Positions 26,849-36,024 are shown, counted from the first letter of the stretch. The stretch is 60,472 nucleotides of DNA from a virus (IMGVR_UViG_3300026519_000014:1-60472); one strand, 5' to 3'. The notes: a model not told the origin generated them from the sequence alone. Translations and numbers: made by a program.

Positions 26849-26968
26849 TTTATTTAAGTTTTATATTTACAAACCGCGTATGTATTTAATTCAATCACGC
26901 CACGTTACCATCATCTAATTTTTCAAAAGTTATTTTGTCCATAATCTATGTAATTTCATATTTTAAAT

Positions 26969-27196
26969 TTAGTTTTCACGAACACGAGCATTCCACTTTT
27001 CTTCTAATATTAACCCTATTTCTTTTTTAGACTTTCTACCACCTAAATATGGATTTTCGGCATAAGTCATCTGACAGCCGCATACGCTACATTCTAAATA
27101 ATGTATTTCTTCACCATATCTGCTGTTTGTATTTTCTTCTCTATATTTTTTTGAGATAGAATTATTTCCACAAAAAGGACAGTTTAATAATTTCAT
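26969..27196 (-). CDS. Lar-like restriction-alleviation / Zn-ribbon protein
   Basis: MKLLNCPFCG...CSVCG...KWNARV is the Lar family pattern. Confidence 0.75.
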   Translation of the reverse strand: MKLLNCPFCGNNSISKKYREENTNSRYGEEIHYLECSVCGCQMTYAENPYLGGRKSKKEIGLILEEKWNARVREN

Positions 27197-27198
27197 AA

Positions 27199-27372
27199 TT
27201 ACAACTTTAATAATCTTAAAAATGTTATGCTTATCAACGCGAACCCGCAAATTAGCTGATAAGGGAACCATCCCAAACCAACATAATAAATAGCTCGAAA
27301 TTTCCCAAATTTAGAATCACGGTAAACAAAGTAAATTCCTATTATAGGAATCCAATATTTAAATTCAGACAT
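27199..27372 (-). CDS. 57-aa membrane protein not in the ORF track
   Basis: MSEFKYWIPIIGIYFVY...YQLICGFALISITFLRLLKL fills the gap between its neighbours. Confidence 0.6.
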   Translation of the reverse strand: MSEFKYWIPIIGIYFVYRDSKFGKFRAIYYVGLGWFPYQLICGFALISITFLRLLKL

Positions 27373-27373
27373 A

Positions 27374-27823
27374 TTATAAAGTAACTTTAATTGTTTCTAT
27401 ACCTTGAGTTTTTACTTCTACTTTAGGTACTTCAATCCCTTCATTATCGTAGATAGGCTCTTGCATTTTTTTAGCCATTTTAAGGAGTTCTGTTCTCTCT
27501 TTAAGCTTAGTGGATAGTTCTGTCCAGATAGGGTCTTGAGAGTAATTTAAAGTAGCCCCAGAGCTTGATAGGACTATGTTAGTACTTCCTACTTTAGTCT
27601 TGCCATTGTATTTAGATAGTTCTTCAGTAGCAGCTTCTTTTATGGCTTTATTAAAAGCTGTAAGTACTTCTAAATACTTTTTTGCTGAAATAGTTAATCT
27701 TATAGGATCAGCCCATCCACTATCTATTAATTCTTTGGCTTTATTTTCACCATAGATTTTTAATTCTTGCTTATTTAATTCTAAAATATCTCGATTTAAA
27801 ATTAATTCTGTAGTTTGTTCCAT
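27374..27823 (-). CDS. Hypothetical phage protein
   Basis: Likely start MEQTT; helical, with an LNYSQDPIW segment. Confidence 0.65.
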   Translation of the reverse strand: MEQTTELILNRDILELNKQELKIYGENKAKELIDSGWADPIRLTISAKKYLEVLTAFNKAIKEAATEELSKYNGKTKVGSTNIVLSSSGATLNYSQDPIWTELSTKLKERTELLKMAKKMQEPIYDNEGIEVPKVEVKTQGIETIKVTL

Positions 27824-27834
27824 AATAAAGATTT

Positions 27835-28632
27835 TTAATAAAATACTAATGCCCAAGGAATATTTTGAAACTTTGTATTATCATAATATTCATAATATCC
27901 TGTCTCATAACTGCCCATTCTTTGATTTCCTAATTGATGTGGTTTTAAAGGTCTGCTAAAATGACCATAAATAGCAATAGAAGATTCAGGCCCTCCTTCT
28001 AAATAAACTGCTCTATAGATTTTTAGCTCTTTGTGGTTTAAAAGAATATCTATAAAATTATGCATAGTATAGGGTTCTCTACTATGAATGAATAATACAT
28101 AGCCATCTGTAGTAACAGCAAGCATTGCTACTGACCATTTTTTTTGGTCTATTTGCCATCTGTTTCTTTTACCTTCTTCTATAATTGTTCTTATATTTTG
28201 ACTTATATTAGGCCATTTCATAATAGCTTCCAAACCGTCTTTATACTTATCTAAAATAAGTAAGGTGTCTTTATTCCAAACTATAAAACCATTATAATCT
28301 TTCCTTATTTCAGGCTGAATAACTTTATTGTTAATTTTAGTGTATCCCATAGGCAGGTATCCTAATCCCCACATATTAAGATTAATACCTCCATCGTACC
28401 ACTTAGCCCATTCAGGAAGAGTTTTAATGTTATCTTGATTTCCAACAGCTTTAAACGTATATTCTTTTTGATCTATTTTAAAAACCCATATATTTTTATC
28501 TACTGTTGTTTTACTTATCCCTTCTTCGGGATAAGTCCATAAAAGCTGAGCATGAATCATTGTACTCCATAAAAGCAATCCTATAGCAAATGTTAAAGCT
28601 ATTAGTAGTTGTTTAATTTGTCTTTGTGTCAT
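27835..28632 (-). CDS. Exported phosphodiester glycosidase (NAGPA-like) family protein
   Basis: N-terminal signal peptide; GINLNMW, AMLAVTTDG and AVYLEGGPES (LDGGGS-like) motifs. Confidence 0.65.
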   Translation of the reverse strand: MTQRQIKQLLIALTFAIGLLLWSTMIHAQLLWTYPEEGISKTTVDKNIWVFKIDQKEYTFKAVGNQDNIKTLPEWAKWYDGGINLNMWGLGYLPMGYTKINNKVIQPEIRKDYNGFIVWNKDTLLILDKYKDGLEAIMKWPNISQNIRTIIEEGKRNRWQIDQKKWSVAMLAVTTDGYVLFIHSREPYTMHNFIDILLNHKELKIYRAVYLEGGPESSIAIYGHFSRPLKPHQLGNQRMGSYETGYYEYYDNTKFQNIPWALVFY

Positions 28633-29066
28633 TTTTTTAAATTTTTAATTAATTTTTTAGTAATAGGAACTATCCATATTCCAGGATTATCTTTGTTGTA
28701 AGTGTAGTATTTACCTTTTAGTTTAAAAGGCACAGGAATTATTTCATCAGAATTATCGTCTTTTATATATTCATATTCTACCATTAAATCCTGAACTCCC
28801 TGAACTAAGTTTACCCAATCTTGTTTATGTTTAGTTCCTCTTATAAAATGAATACCAATTTTAAAAGGCTTTTCTTCTTCTCTAACAAGAGATAAAAAAT
28901 CTTTTTTCTTCAGTAACCACTCTATTTTTGAAATTTTCTTGTATTTCATAACAGTCTTAGAATGAATAAGACGAGGTTTTTGCCCTTTCTTGATTATCAT
29001 TCTTTTACTATTTTTAAAACTAGGGAAATTACCTTTTATAAATATTCCTTGTGCTTTAATTTTCAT
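28629..29066 (-). CDS. RusA-like Holliday junction resolvase
   Basis: GNFPSFKNS...DWVNLVQGVQDLM...IKDDN matches the RusA acidic pattern; likely start MKIKAQ. Confidence 0.7.
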   Translation of the reverse strand: MKIKAQGIFIKGNFPSFKNSKRMIIKKGQKPRLIHSKTVMKYKKISKIEWLLKKKDFLSLVREEEKPFKIGIHFIRGTKHKQDWVNLVQGVQDLMVEYEYIKDDNSDEIIPVPFKLKGKYYTYNKDNPGIWIVPITKKLIKNLKK

Positions 29067-30798
29067 AATGTAATACTTCCTTCTCTGTAAAATTATAATA
29101 TGTAGATAGAGCAACATCTTGACCAGAAAATAGCAAAGGATTAGGCATATTTTCAATGTGTTTTATTACTTTCTCCAAAGAGATTGGAGAATCAGATAAA
29201 ACCTCTCCTTTTAAAATATGCTCTTTTATTATTTCTACTTTATCATAAATAGAATCAATTTTTGCTTTAAATAATAAAGTATTATAAACTATAAAAAGAA
29301 CATGAATATCCCAAATATAAACTAAATCATATTTATCTGCCTTTTTTCTATTGTTCAATAATTCACTAAAAGTTATTAATAAAATATTAGTATCTTCAAA
29401 AAGGTTTTCAACATATGTAATTTCACATAAAGAAAGTGTAGTTAGATATCCATTTAGTTTATTGTCATAAAACACATAACCTTTAGTCTTATCATCCCAT
29501 ACTTTGTCTGGATATTTTTCATTTAATTTATGTTTTATAGCCTTAAAGTTTTTTATCTCATAAACTATATTGCTGTCTATAGTTGGACTTTCCCAGTATT
29601 CTACATAAGTAGATAAAGAAGAATTAGTTAATTTGCTTTCTATAATAACAATACAATCATCAAAATTAGAAATAGGGGTTTCTATACTTTCTTCTTCAAG
29701 TTCTTTTAAAGTAGAAAAAACAACAAGCAATGCATTTGGAATTTGTACTATTTCTTCAGTAATCCACTGCCCTTCAAAATAAGTTTGTTTTATGCTTCTG
29801 CCATTAGCTCCTATTTTAAGCAATCTTTGCATACCTTCTACTAATTCTATACCTTTATAATAGGTCTTATCTACATATTCGATAAAATTATATAGTGTTA
29901 TAAAAGCACTTCTACGTTTAAGCCAAGCATTATAAATTATTTGAGAATTTAAACCTATTTCAATCTCTTTTTTTTCCTTTATTTCTTGTTTTTCATGGGC
30001 TAAAAAAGAAAGTAAAACGGCTTCCATTTCTTTTTTCTTGTCTTCCCTTTTTTTGGCTTTCGGAGACCATACTGATCTATCTATTTGAGTATAAGAGAGC
30101 TTTTCTAATATCTTATCTGTATAGACAATTTCAATATTTTTCTTTTCAAAGGGAGTAATAAATCTGTCTTTAAATGCTTTAGAATATCCTCTGGAGTTAG
30201 TTACTAAAGGAAAGTCTTTTTCTATAAAAACAGTAAACCATTCACTTTTTACATTTCTACCTGAAATTAGCGCTTTTTGTAGTTCTTTTATATATTTTGT
30301 TTTAAAGGTAAAGACATATAAAAAACCAAGCTTATCCTTTTGTTTATAATATATTAATGTTTTTGCTATACCTCTAAACTCTATATTATCTACTCTAAAC
30401 GGAGTTCCATTAAAAGCTTTATGATAAGAAAATTTAGTCAAATATTTTACATTAGGAAAAGCTATGTTAGATCTAAGATGAAAAACAAGATCATCTAACC
30501 TTAATACTTTTTCAATAAATTCTTTTTTAGGGCTTAGATAATCAGAAAAAGGATATCTTCTGTTGTAATAACTAGTAAATTTAAAGTTTAAGTATTTATT
30601 GATATTTATTGAATCACAACAACTACTACTTAAAAACAAATTATGTGTATATATTAAATGTTCAATAGAATCAAATGTAGTTAAAATAGGGATATATTCA
30701 GATTTTTTCATACTGAAATTAAATTTTCCATCTATTTCTACTTCATTAAATAATCTTTGTGCTCTATGACTTATCATTTTTTTACTTTTTAATTTCAA
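29056..30798 (-). CDS. 580-aa hypothetical protein overlapping the E1 gene
   Basis: Long ORF with no motif I recognise. Confidence 0.7.
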   Translation of the reverse strand: MKLKSKKMISHRAQRLFNEVEIDGKFNFSMKKSEYIPILTTFDSIEHLIYTHNLFLSSSCCDSININKYLNFKFTSYYNRRYPFSDYLSPKKEFIEKVLRLDDLVFHLRSNIAFPNVKYLTKFSYHKAFNGTPFRVDNIEFRGIAKTLIYYKQKDKLGFLYVFTFKTKYIKELQKALISGRNVKSEWFTVFIEKDFPLVTNSRGYSKAFKDRFITPFEKKNIEIVYTDKILEKLSYTQIDRSVWSPKAKKREDKKKEMEAVLLSFLAHEKQEIKEKKEIEIGLNSQIIYNAWLKRRSAFITLYNFIEYVDKTYYKGIELVEGMQRLLKIGANGRSIKQTYFEGQWITEEIVQIPNALLVVFSTLKELEEESIETPISNFDDCIVIIESKLTNSSLSTYVEYWESPTIDSNIVYEIKNFKAIKHKLNEKYPDKVWDDKTKGYVFYDNKLNGYLTTLSLCEITYVENLFEDTNILLITFSELLNNRKKADKYDLVYIWDIHVLFIVYNTLLFKAKIDSIYDKVEIIKEHILKGEVLSDSPISLEKVIKHIENMPNPLLFSGQDVALSTYYNFTEKEVLHYEN

Positions 30799-31483
30799 TT
30801 AAAAACAGATTACCTTCTTCCCTAATGTGAAAAGGTAGACTATAAAACATATGCTTAGAATAAAAATTAGTCAAGCCGTGTACCATTCTTCCTGCACAAA
30901 TATGAGCCCAATGATTAGTTTGTTTGATGGTACATCCTACTTCAGGGATTTCACTATCCTCAAATAAAGTAGCTTCATAAGCTTCTTCCTGTCCTTTTTG
31001 GACAAAAAAAACCTCATATTGGTCTAGCAGCAATCTTGCCTCAATAAGCAATTCTCTATCTTCTTTCTTTTTCCAGATTTCAAATAAATCTTTTCTTGCC
31101 TGCATATTATCAAAACAAGAAAATATTACAGTTTCAGGAATATCGGTCTCTTTATCTACTTTTTCATTATAGGGGTATATTTTTGCAGTACCGAGGTCCA
31201 TTGCTATCTCAGTAATTGCATTTACTTTAAACTTGCCTAATTGATGTATAGTAAATGTTTGACTTGCCAAATTTACTTTTTCTACAATATCGTAGTCATA
31301 GATATAAATAGAAGACACTATTCTTGAAAGCATAGGAACTAAAGCAGAACCTATTCCTCCTATTCCACAAACAGCTACTGATTTTTTTACTAGTTTAGAG
31401 AAAAAAGGAGCATCTCTAAATCTACTGTGTCTTGTATTAATTTTATTTTCTAACATTTTTTTAATTTTTAAGCTTCTTTCCAA
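30782..31483 (-). CDS. ThiF/E1-like ubiquitin-activating enzyme
   Basis: RHSRF, VCGIGGIGS, DYDIVEKVNLASQ, GKFKV, CFDNMQAR; candidate catalytic Cys in VGCTIKQT. Confidence 0.9.
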   Translation of the reverse strand: MERSLKIKKMLENKINTRHSRFRDAPFFSKLVKKSVAVCGIGGIGSALVPMLSRIVSSIYIYDYDIVEKVNLASQTFTIHQLGKFKVNAITEIAMDLGTAKIYPYNEKVDKETDIPETVIFSCFDNMQARKDLFEIWKKKEDRELLIEARLLLDQYEVFFVQKGQEEAYEATLFEDSEIPEVGCTIKQTNHWAHICAGRMVHGLTNFYSKHMFYSLPFHIREEGNLFLIEIKK

Positions 31484-32412
31484 ATAGTTTCTAATAATTC
31501 TTCTACATTATCGCCTATTCCTTCCATTTCAGCATCTTCTGCATAAAGCATAAAATTTTCTTTTTGCCAAGGGGTAGCTAATTTAAATTTTTCTACAAAA
31601 TTTAAAATAATTTTATTCGCTTCAACAAAAGATAGAGCATTAAAATAGTCTATTGTTTCTGTAATTACTACATTTCCATTAAACTCTCCATGTAAAAAAT
31701 CTCTTAGAAATATCTTACCTTGTTTTTTTCTATACTCTAGTTGCATATCGAAAGAATCTATATTCTTAGCAGTATATGTATTAAAATTTGGAGTATAGGT
31801 TTTAGGTTTACTTACTATGTAATCTACTCTGTCTTTTAAAGTTTTAGGTATGGTAATGTGAGTTTTTGGCATTTCTATCTTAAAATTAATAACTACCATA
31901 ACTTCTTTTTTAGGTAGTTGCCATTTAGCTCCTTTAAATTTCTTGGGGTGTATTTTTTGACTGGGTAGTTCAGCTTGAAAAGCTAATTTAGCATCAAACT
32001 CCAGATCATTATTAGAAATTAAAGAAAAGTAGTACTCTTCATAAATGTTTATCTTATCTTTTAAATCTTCAATATCAGTGGAAGAATGGAAAACAGCCAT
32101 ATTATTATGTGAGTGATGCTTTCCTGTCCTATAAATAGTATTATTAAAAGGGTCTAATTCTTGTTTTTTATCATATAACTGAATAATGCTTTCATCAGAA
32201 TCAAATTCAGTATAACTTACATCCCCTTGGTCCATAAGATGAATATAGTAAGGAATTATTTTAAATGTTGATAATTTAGAAGGTACCCCTTCTATAGCAT
32301 AAAATAAAATACCTGACCATTCTATACTTGATATTTTATTGTTAATAAATTTCACTTGGTTTAAAAAATCCTCTGTAATTACTACAGTAGCTTTTTCTTT
32401 GATTTCTATCAT
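31468..32412 (-). CDS. JAB/MPN+ metallo-isopeptidase
   Basis: EWSG plus HSHNNMAVFHSSTD, the JAMM motif E...HxH-x7-S-x2-D. Confidence 0.85.
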   Translation of the reverse strand: MIEIKEKATVVITEDFLNQVKFINNKISSIEWSGILFYAIEGVPSKLSTFKIIPYYIHLMDQGDVSYTEFDSDESIIQLYDKKQELDPFNNTIYRTGKHHSHNNMAVFHSSTDIEDLKDKINIYEEYYFSLISNNDLEFDAKLAFQAELPSQKIHPKKFKGAKWQLPKKEVMVVINFKIEMPKTHITIPKTLKDRVDYIVSKPKTYTPNFNTYTAKNIDSFDMQLEYRKKQGKIFLRDFLHGEFNGNVVITETIDYFNALSFVEANKIILNFVEKFKLATPWQKENFMLYAEDAEMEGIGDNVEELLETIWKEA

Positions 32413-32423
32413 TGTTCTGTTTT

Positions 32424-33398
32424 TTAGTTTGTTTTGTCTGTTAAATATATGTGTAAGCGGTTTCCTATTATTTCTATAATTATTCTAAATAATGCTGGAT
32501 GTACAACTCTAACACCTTTTTCTATTTTTATATTATTGTTAGAACCAGTAAAATTTATTTTAGGAAATCTGTTTTTTCCTTTAAAAAAGAAACTTCCAGT
32601 TAAGTTTATATTTTCTGCATAATTTAATATTTCAGAATAGTCTTCATTTTCTACATAATAAGTATTGTTGTATTTAATTGCAGGGTTAACTATAAGGCTA
32701 TAGTAAGGGTCTTCTGAATATATTTTTTCCCATTCTTCAAGAAGTTCTAATGAGTTAAGTATAGTCACACTGTCTAAATTAAGCACAAAATATAACTTTT
32801 TTATAAAGTACTCTGGTACAGTAGTGATAAAATGTTCAGCTACTTCCTGTTTATCTACAGAAATATAACTAGTCATATCTACCGAAGTGTATTCATTAAT
32901 AGCATCTTGTACTTCTGTCATTTCAATATAAGGCCCTCCTTCTAAAGATTCCCATCTTATAAAATCATTTATGAAGTTTAATAAGATAATAAAATTATCT
33001 ATAGTAAATTGTAAATTTAAACTAGCTAAAACTACACTAATACCGTCTGACCCTAAACAAAAATCTGTAAAAGATATGCGTACATTTTGTTCTTCTTCTT
33101 CTTCTTCTATATCTAGTGTAGGTAAATGAGAGTGAATATATCCTTTATATATTTCTACAGGAGAGAAAGATAATCGTATTCCTTTTAAAGTATTGTAGAA
33201 TATGCTTACATTTCTATTACTATCATATCTCCAACCTAGTTGTATGTATAGATCAGTAATAGTATGTTCATCGTTTTTACTGTTTGTAATAGTTATCTTA
33301 GGAAAATGAATAATACATCCACCATCTTCTTTTATGTCTACATACTTTTCCCCAAATATCTGATAAAGTTTTTCTTTGATTTTTTCTTCGTCACTCAT
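32424..33398 (-). CDS. Prokaryotic E2-like conjugating enzyme
   Basis: YIHSHL...DFCLG resembles the E2 HPN...C arrangement; lies between the Ubl and JAB genes. Confidence 0.65.
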   Translation of the reverse strand: MSDEEKIKEKLYQIFGEKYVDIKEDGGCIIHFPKITITNSKNDEHTITDLYIQLGWRYDSNRNVSIFYNTLKGIRLSFSPVEIYKGYIHSHLPTLDIEEEEEEQNVRISFTDFCLGSDGISVVLASLNLQFTIDNFIILLNFINDFIRWESLEGGPYIEMTEVQDAINEYTSVDMTSYISVDKQEVAEHFITTVPEYFIKKLYFVLNLDSVTILNSLELLEEWEKIYSEDPYYSLIVNPAIKYNNTYYVENEDYSEILNYAENINLTGSFFFKGKNRFPKINFTGSNNNIKIEKGVRVVHPALFRIIIEIIGNRLHIYLTDKTN

Positions 33399-33411
33399 AA
33401 TATTTTAACTT

Positions 33412-33440
33412 AAAAAAGGGCTGCTATAATAGCAGCCCTT
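33412..33440 (-). terminator. Intrinsic terminator between the Ubl and E2 genes
   Basis: AAGGGCTGCTA-tta-TAGCAGCCCTT-TTTT on the minus strand. Confidence 0.85.
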
Positions 33441-33471
33441 AACTAACTTACATATAACTAAAACCTATTTT

Positions 33472-34008
33472 TTAATTCCAAAAAGAATCTTCTTCAGGAG
33501 TAACGCCAGAAGACAATCTCTTTTCTAAAAAGGAAACTCTTTTTTCAAGTTTTTTCAATTTGGTTTCTAAGTTTAAGGATTTGTTTGATGTAGAAGAAAC
33601 AACAGAAATAGTTTCTTTTACTGTTTTTTCTTTCTTTTTTGTAGTGTTTTTATTATAGAAAGAATCTAAGGCATCAATACAAGCTTGTTTACCATTAGGA
33701 GCAAATCCTGTAATTTTCTTACAGTAAGTTCTAAGTTCAGAAAAATTTGCTTTGTGGTAATTAGCTTTTGTTATAGTTCCTGATTTATTTTTATCAGTAC
33801 TTACTATAAGTTGTAAATTTTCCATTGGTAATTCTGCAGAAGCACTACTGTAATGATGGTTAGTTTTTCTGTCTCTTACTTTAGTGTTTTCAAAACTTAT
33901 GTTTAAAGTTTCTTCTAACTCTTTTTGCAAAACTCCCCAAGTAGTTGCATTACTTTGCATTTCTTTAGGGGCTGCTGCTCCTGGTAATGAAATTTGTACT
34001 CTTCTCAT
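33472..34008 (-). CDS. Ubiquitin-like (beta-grasp) protein with a C-terminal extension
   Basis: Residues 1-77 (ATTWGVLQKEL...LQLIVSTDKNKSG) fit a beta-grasp ending in Gly77, followed by a helical/coiled-coil tail; first gene of the E2-JAB-E1 cluster. Confidence 0.65.
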   Translation of the reverse strand: MRRVQISLPGAAAPKEMQSNATTWGVLQKELEETLNISFENTKVRDRKTNHHYSSASAELPMENLQLIVSTDKNKSGTITKANYHKANFSELRTYCKKITGFAPNGKQACIDALDSFYNKNTTKKKEKTVKETISVVSSTSNKSLNLETKLKKLEKRVSFLEKRLSSGVTPEEDSFWN

Positions 34009-34034
34009 AATTTTAATTTGTTAATAATAAACGT

Positions 34035-34307
34035 TTATTTTAATTTATTTAAGTGTTCTTGGATTTTGTAAATTAGTACACCTAATTCTCTTCTTTCTAA
34101 AGTATCTTCTTTAATAGAGTTTCTATTATTTTTTAAAATAATAACTACTTCATTTAGAAAAGAAAAAGCATCCTTACTCCATAATGAGTGTTTATCATCT
34201 TCCAAAGCTTTTGTTATTTCTTCAGAAACAGTATTAATAACTTTGTCACTAAGATTAAACTCATGTTCTTCTAAAACCTCAACAATAATATCTTTGGTGT
34301 TTTTCAT
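34035..34307 (-). CDS. Hypothetical protein
   Basis: 90-aa ORF coupled to the primase stop. Confidence 0.65.
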   Translation of the reverse strand: MKNTKDIIVEVLEEHEFNLSDKVINTVSEEITKALEDDKHSLWSKDAFSFLNEVVIILKNNRNSIKEDTLERRELGVLIYKIQEHLNKLK

Positions 34308-35284
34308 TCTAATAGGTTTAAAAGTATTTTTTTAGCTTTAACTAAACCTTCTCCTTTAACAAAATCACTTATATCTTTATATCCTGTAGAAATAGGTAAT
34401 TCTATTTTAGGATAAGGATATAAATGAGCATTATGGCGTAAATCATTATCAAAGAATACTACTATTTTGCTATATTTGGCTTCTATTTTATTTAAGATAG
34501 CCCTGGTTATTAATGTAGATTCTGATTTTGGTGAAATAGCCTCAAAACCTAACTCATGTAATACCATTACATCTTTCAAAGATTTAGTAATGATAAGTAA
34601 GTTTTTGTTTTGTTTAAGTTGTAATAAACCTTCTACATAATTACGAGGATAGTTATTAATAAATTTATACTTTTTTTCAAAAGGAGAATAAATTTTATAA
34701 TACTTACCTATTCTATATGCAAAAGACAAACTCTTAGGCTTAACTGGAATATTGTTCCATAATAAATAATCTACTGAAAAAACACTATATTTTTTTAGTG
34801 TAGATAAACTTATTTTAAAACTATTCCAAAAAGCTAAGTCTTTATTTGTAAAAGATTTTATTTTAACTTTTAATTTCTTTTTTTTCTTGATGGGTCTACT
34901 TCTTACAGAGAGTTTATATTTAGCAGTAGTGTTGGTTAATCCAAAATCATTTGCTATTTTTTTTAAAGCTTCTTTTTCTGTAATAGAAAATAAAGAAGCT
35001 ACAAAAAATACAATGTCCCCTGTTTTATTATTATTACCATAGTCTGTGAACATAAGTGTTCCACTTGAATTATAATATAGTCTAAAAGAAGCATTAGTAT
35101 CTGTATCCCTTAGTACAGAAATAATATTTTCTCCTATTTTTATATTTATATTTCCTAATATTTGTTCTATATAATAAGAATAAACAGTAAATTCATCAAG
35201 AATAGAAAACATAGAAAATCTGCTTAATCCTAATCTAGCTGTAACTAGATCATAGGTATTAATTAGATTTTCTTTGTTACACAT
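34304..35284 (-). CDS. DNA primase (crAss-type DnaG-like)
   Basis: LRDTDTNASF..., TOPRIM-like IITKSLKDVM and FFDND, KDISD. Confidence 0.85.
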   Translation of the reverse strand: MCNKENLINTYDLVTARLGLSRFSMFSILDEFTVYSYYIEQILGNINIKIGENIISVLRDTDTNASFRLYYNSSGTLMFTDYGNNNKTGDIVFFVASLFSITEKEALKKIANDFGLTNTTAKYKLSVRSRPIKKKKKLKVKIKSFTNKDLAFWNSFKISLSTLKKYSVFSVDYLLWNNIPVKPKSLSFAYRIGKYYKIYSPFEKKYKFINNYPRNYVEGLLQLKQNKNLLIITKSLKDVMVLHELGFEAISPKSESTLITRAILNKIEAKYSKIVVFFDNDLRHNAHLYPYPKIELPISTGYKDISDFVKGEGLVKAKKILLNLLE

Positions 35285-35292
35285 TATTATTA

Positions 35293-36024
35293 TTATTCAG
35301 AATCTCCAAACATTTCTTTAGCGGCTTTAGCCTCTTCAGGATCAGCCTCTGATTCTTCTATTATAGGGTTAGGATTACTTAAATCTACACCAGATGGAGT
35401 GCTTTTATCTCCCTTTCTGTATCCAAGTTCATAGTTACTATATTTAACATTAGAAGCTTCTTTTTTAATGTCCATAGATTCCCAAAAAGCTTCTTTCTCT
35501 AAATCAGCATATTGCCCTACTTTAGGAAAAGAGGAAAAAGCTTTCAATTTAGACTGTCTGTTTAATCTAACTCTAAACAGCAGTCCTTTTCCAATAAATG
35601 GAGTAACCATATCAATAAATTGAGTTACTATATTATTGTACATTTTAGACATGACTGTATCAGTTATAAGTATTTCTCCTATTTCTTGGTCATTTTTGTT
35701 TGCAATATCAATTCCTTTAAAAGGATTAAATTTTTCAGCTATTTTATCTTTTTCCAAGTATCCTTTTAGTATGTGTATTAACATTCTTTTAAGGGAATCA
35801 AATTCCCTTACTACATCATCAGGAGTTTTTACATATTCTCCTAAAGTTACAGGCCAAATAAAAAAATCTTGTCCTTCCTCTACTGAAGATTCATCAGAAC
35901 CACTGCTTAGCCTTTCAGTAAGGGATTTTTCTCCACCTTTTTTTAAGCCTATTATAAGTGTTCCTTTGTCATTAATTTCTGCTTTTACAAGTTCTATATT
36001 TTCGTGTATTCCGACTTTTAACAT
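35293..36024 (-). CDS. Replication-module protein, possible ssDNA-binding protein
   Basis: VGIHENIEL start and an acidic C-tail; sits between the AAA ATPase and primase. Confidence 0.45.
   Translation of the reverse strand: MLKVGIHENIELVKAEINDKGTLIIGLKKGGEKSLTERLSSGSDESSVEEGQDFFIWPVTLGEYVKTPDDVVREFDSLKRMLIHILKGYLEKDKIAEKFNPFKGIDIANKNDQEIGEILITDTVMSKMYNNIVTQFIDMVTPFIGKGLLFRVRLNRQSKLKAFSSFPKVGQYADLEKEAFWESMDIKKEASNVKYSNYELGYRKGDKSTPSGVDLSNPNPIIEESEADPEEAKAAKEMFGDSE

Larger units (their letters stand above)
23681..26912 (-). mobile_element. Integron-like gene cassette array without an integrase in the window (CALIN-like)
   Basis: Small co-oriented genes, with ...AAC cores just after several stop codons and GTT... 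cores downstream joined by imperfect inverted repeats; cores at the two ends of a cassette are complementary. Confidence 0.6.

Noticed and set aside
23681-26912. CRISPR array or simple direct-repeat array
   Set aside because: The intergenic elements share only short cores and hairpin structure, not identical repeats, and the spacing is gene-sized.
33091-33108. (TTC)n microsatellite
   Set aside because: It only encodes a six-Glu run in the E2-like protein.
24940-35284. Similar N-termini MCNKKEN (24957) and MCNKEN (primase)
   Set aside because: The match is only a few codons in AT-rich sequence and does not extend.
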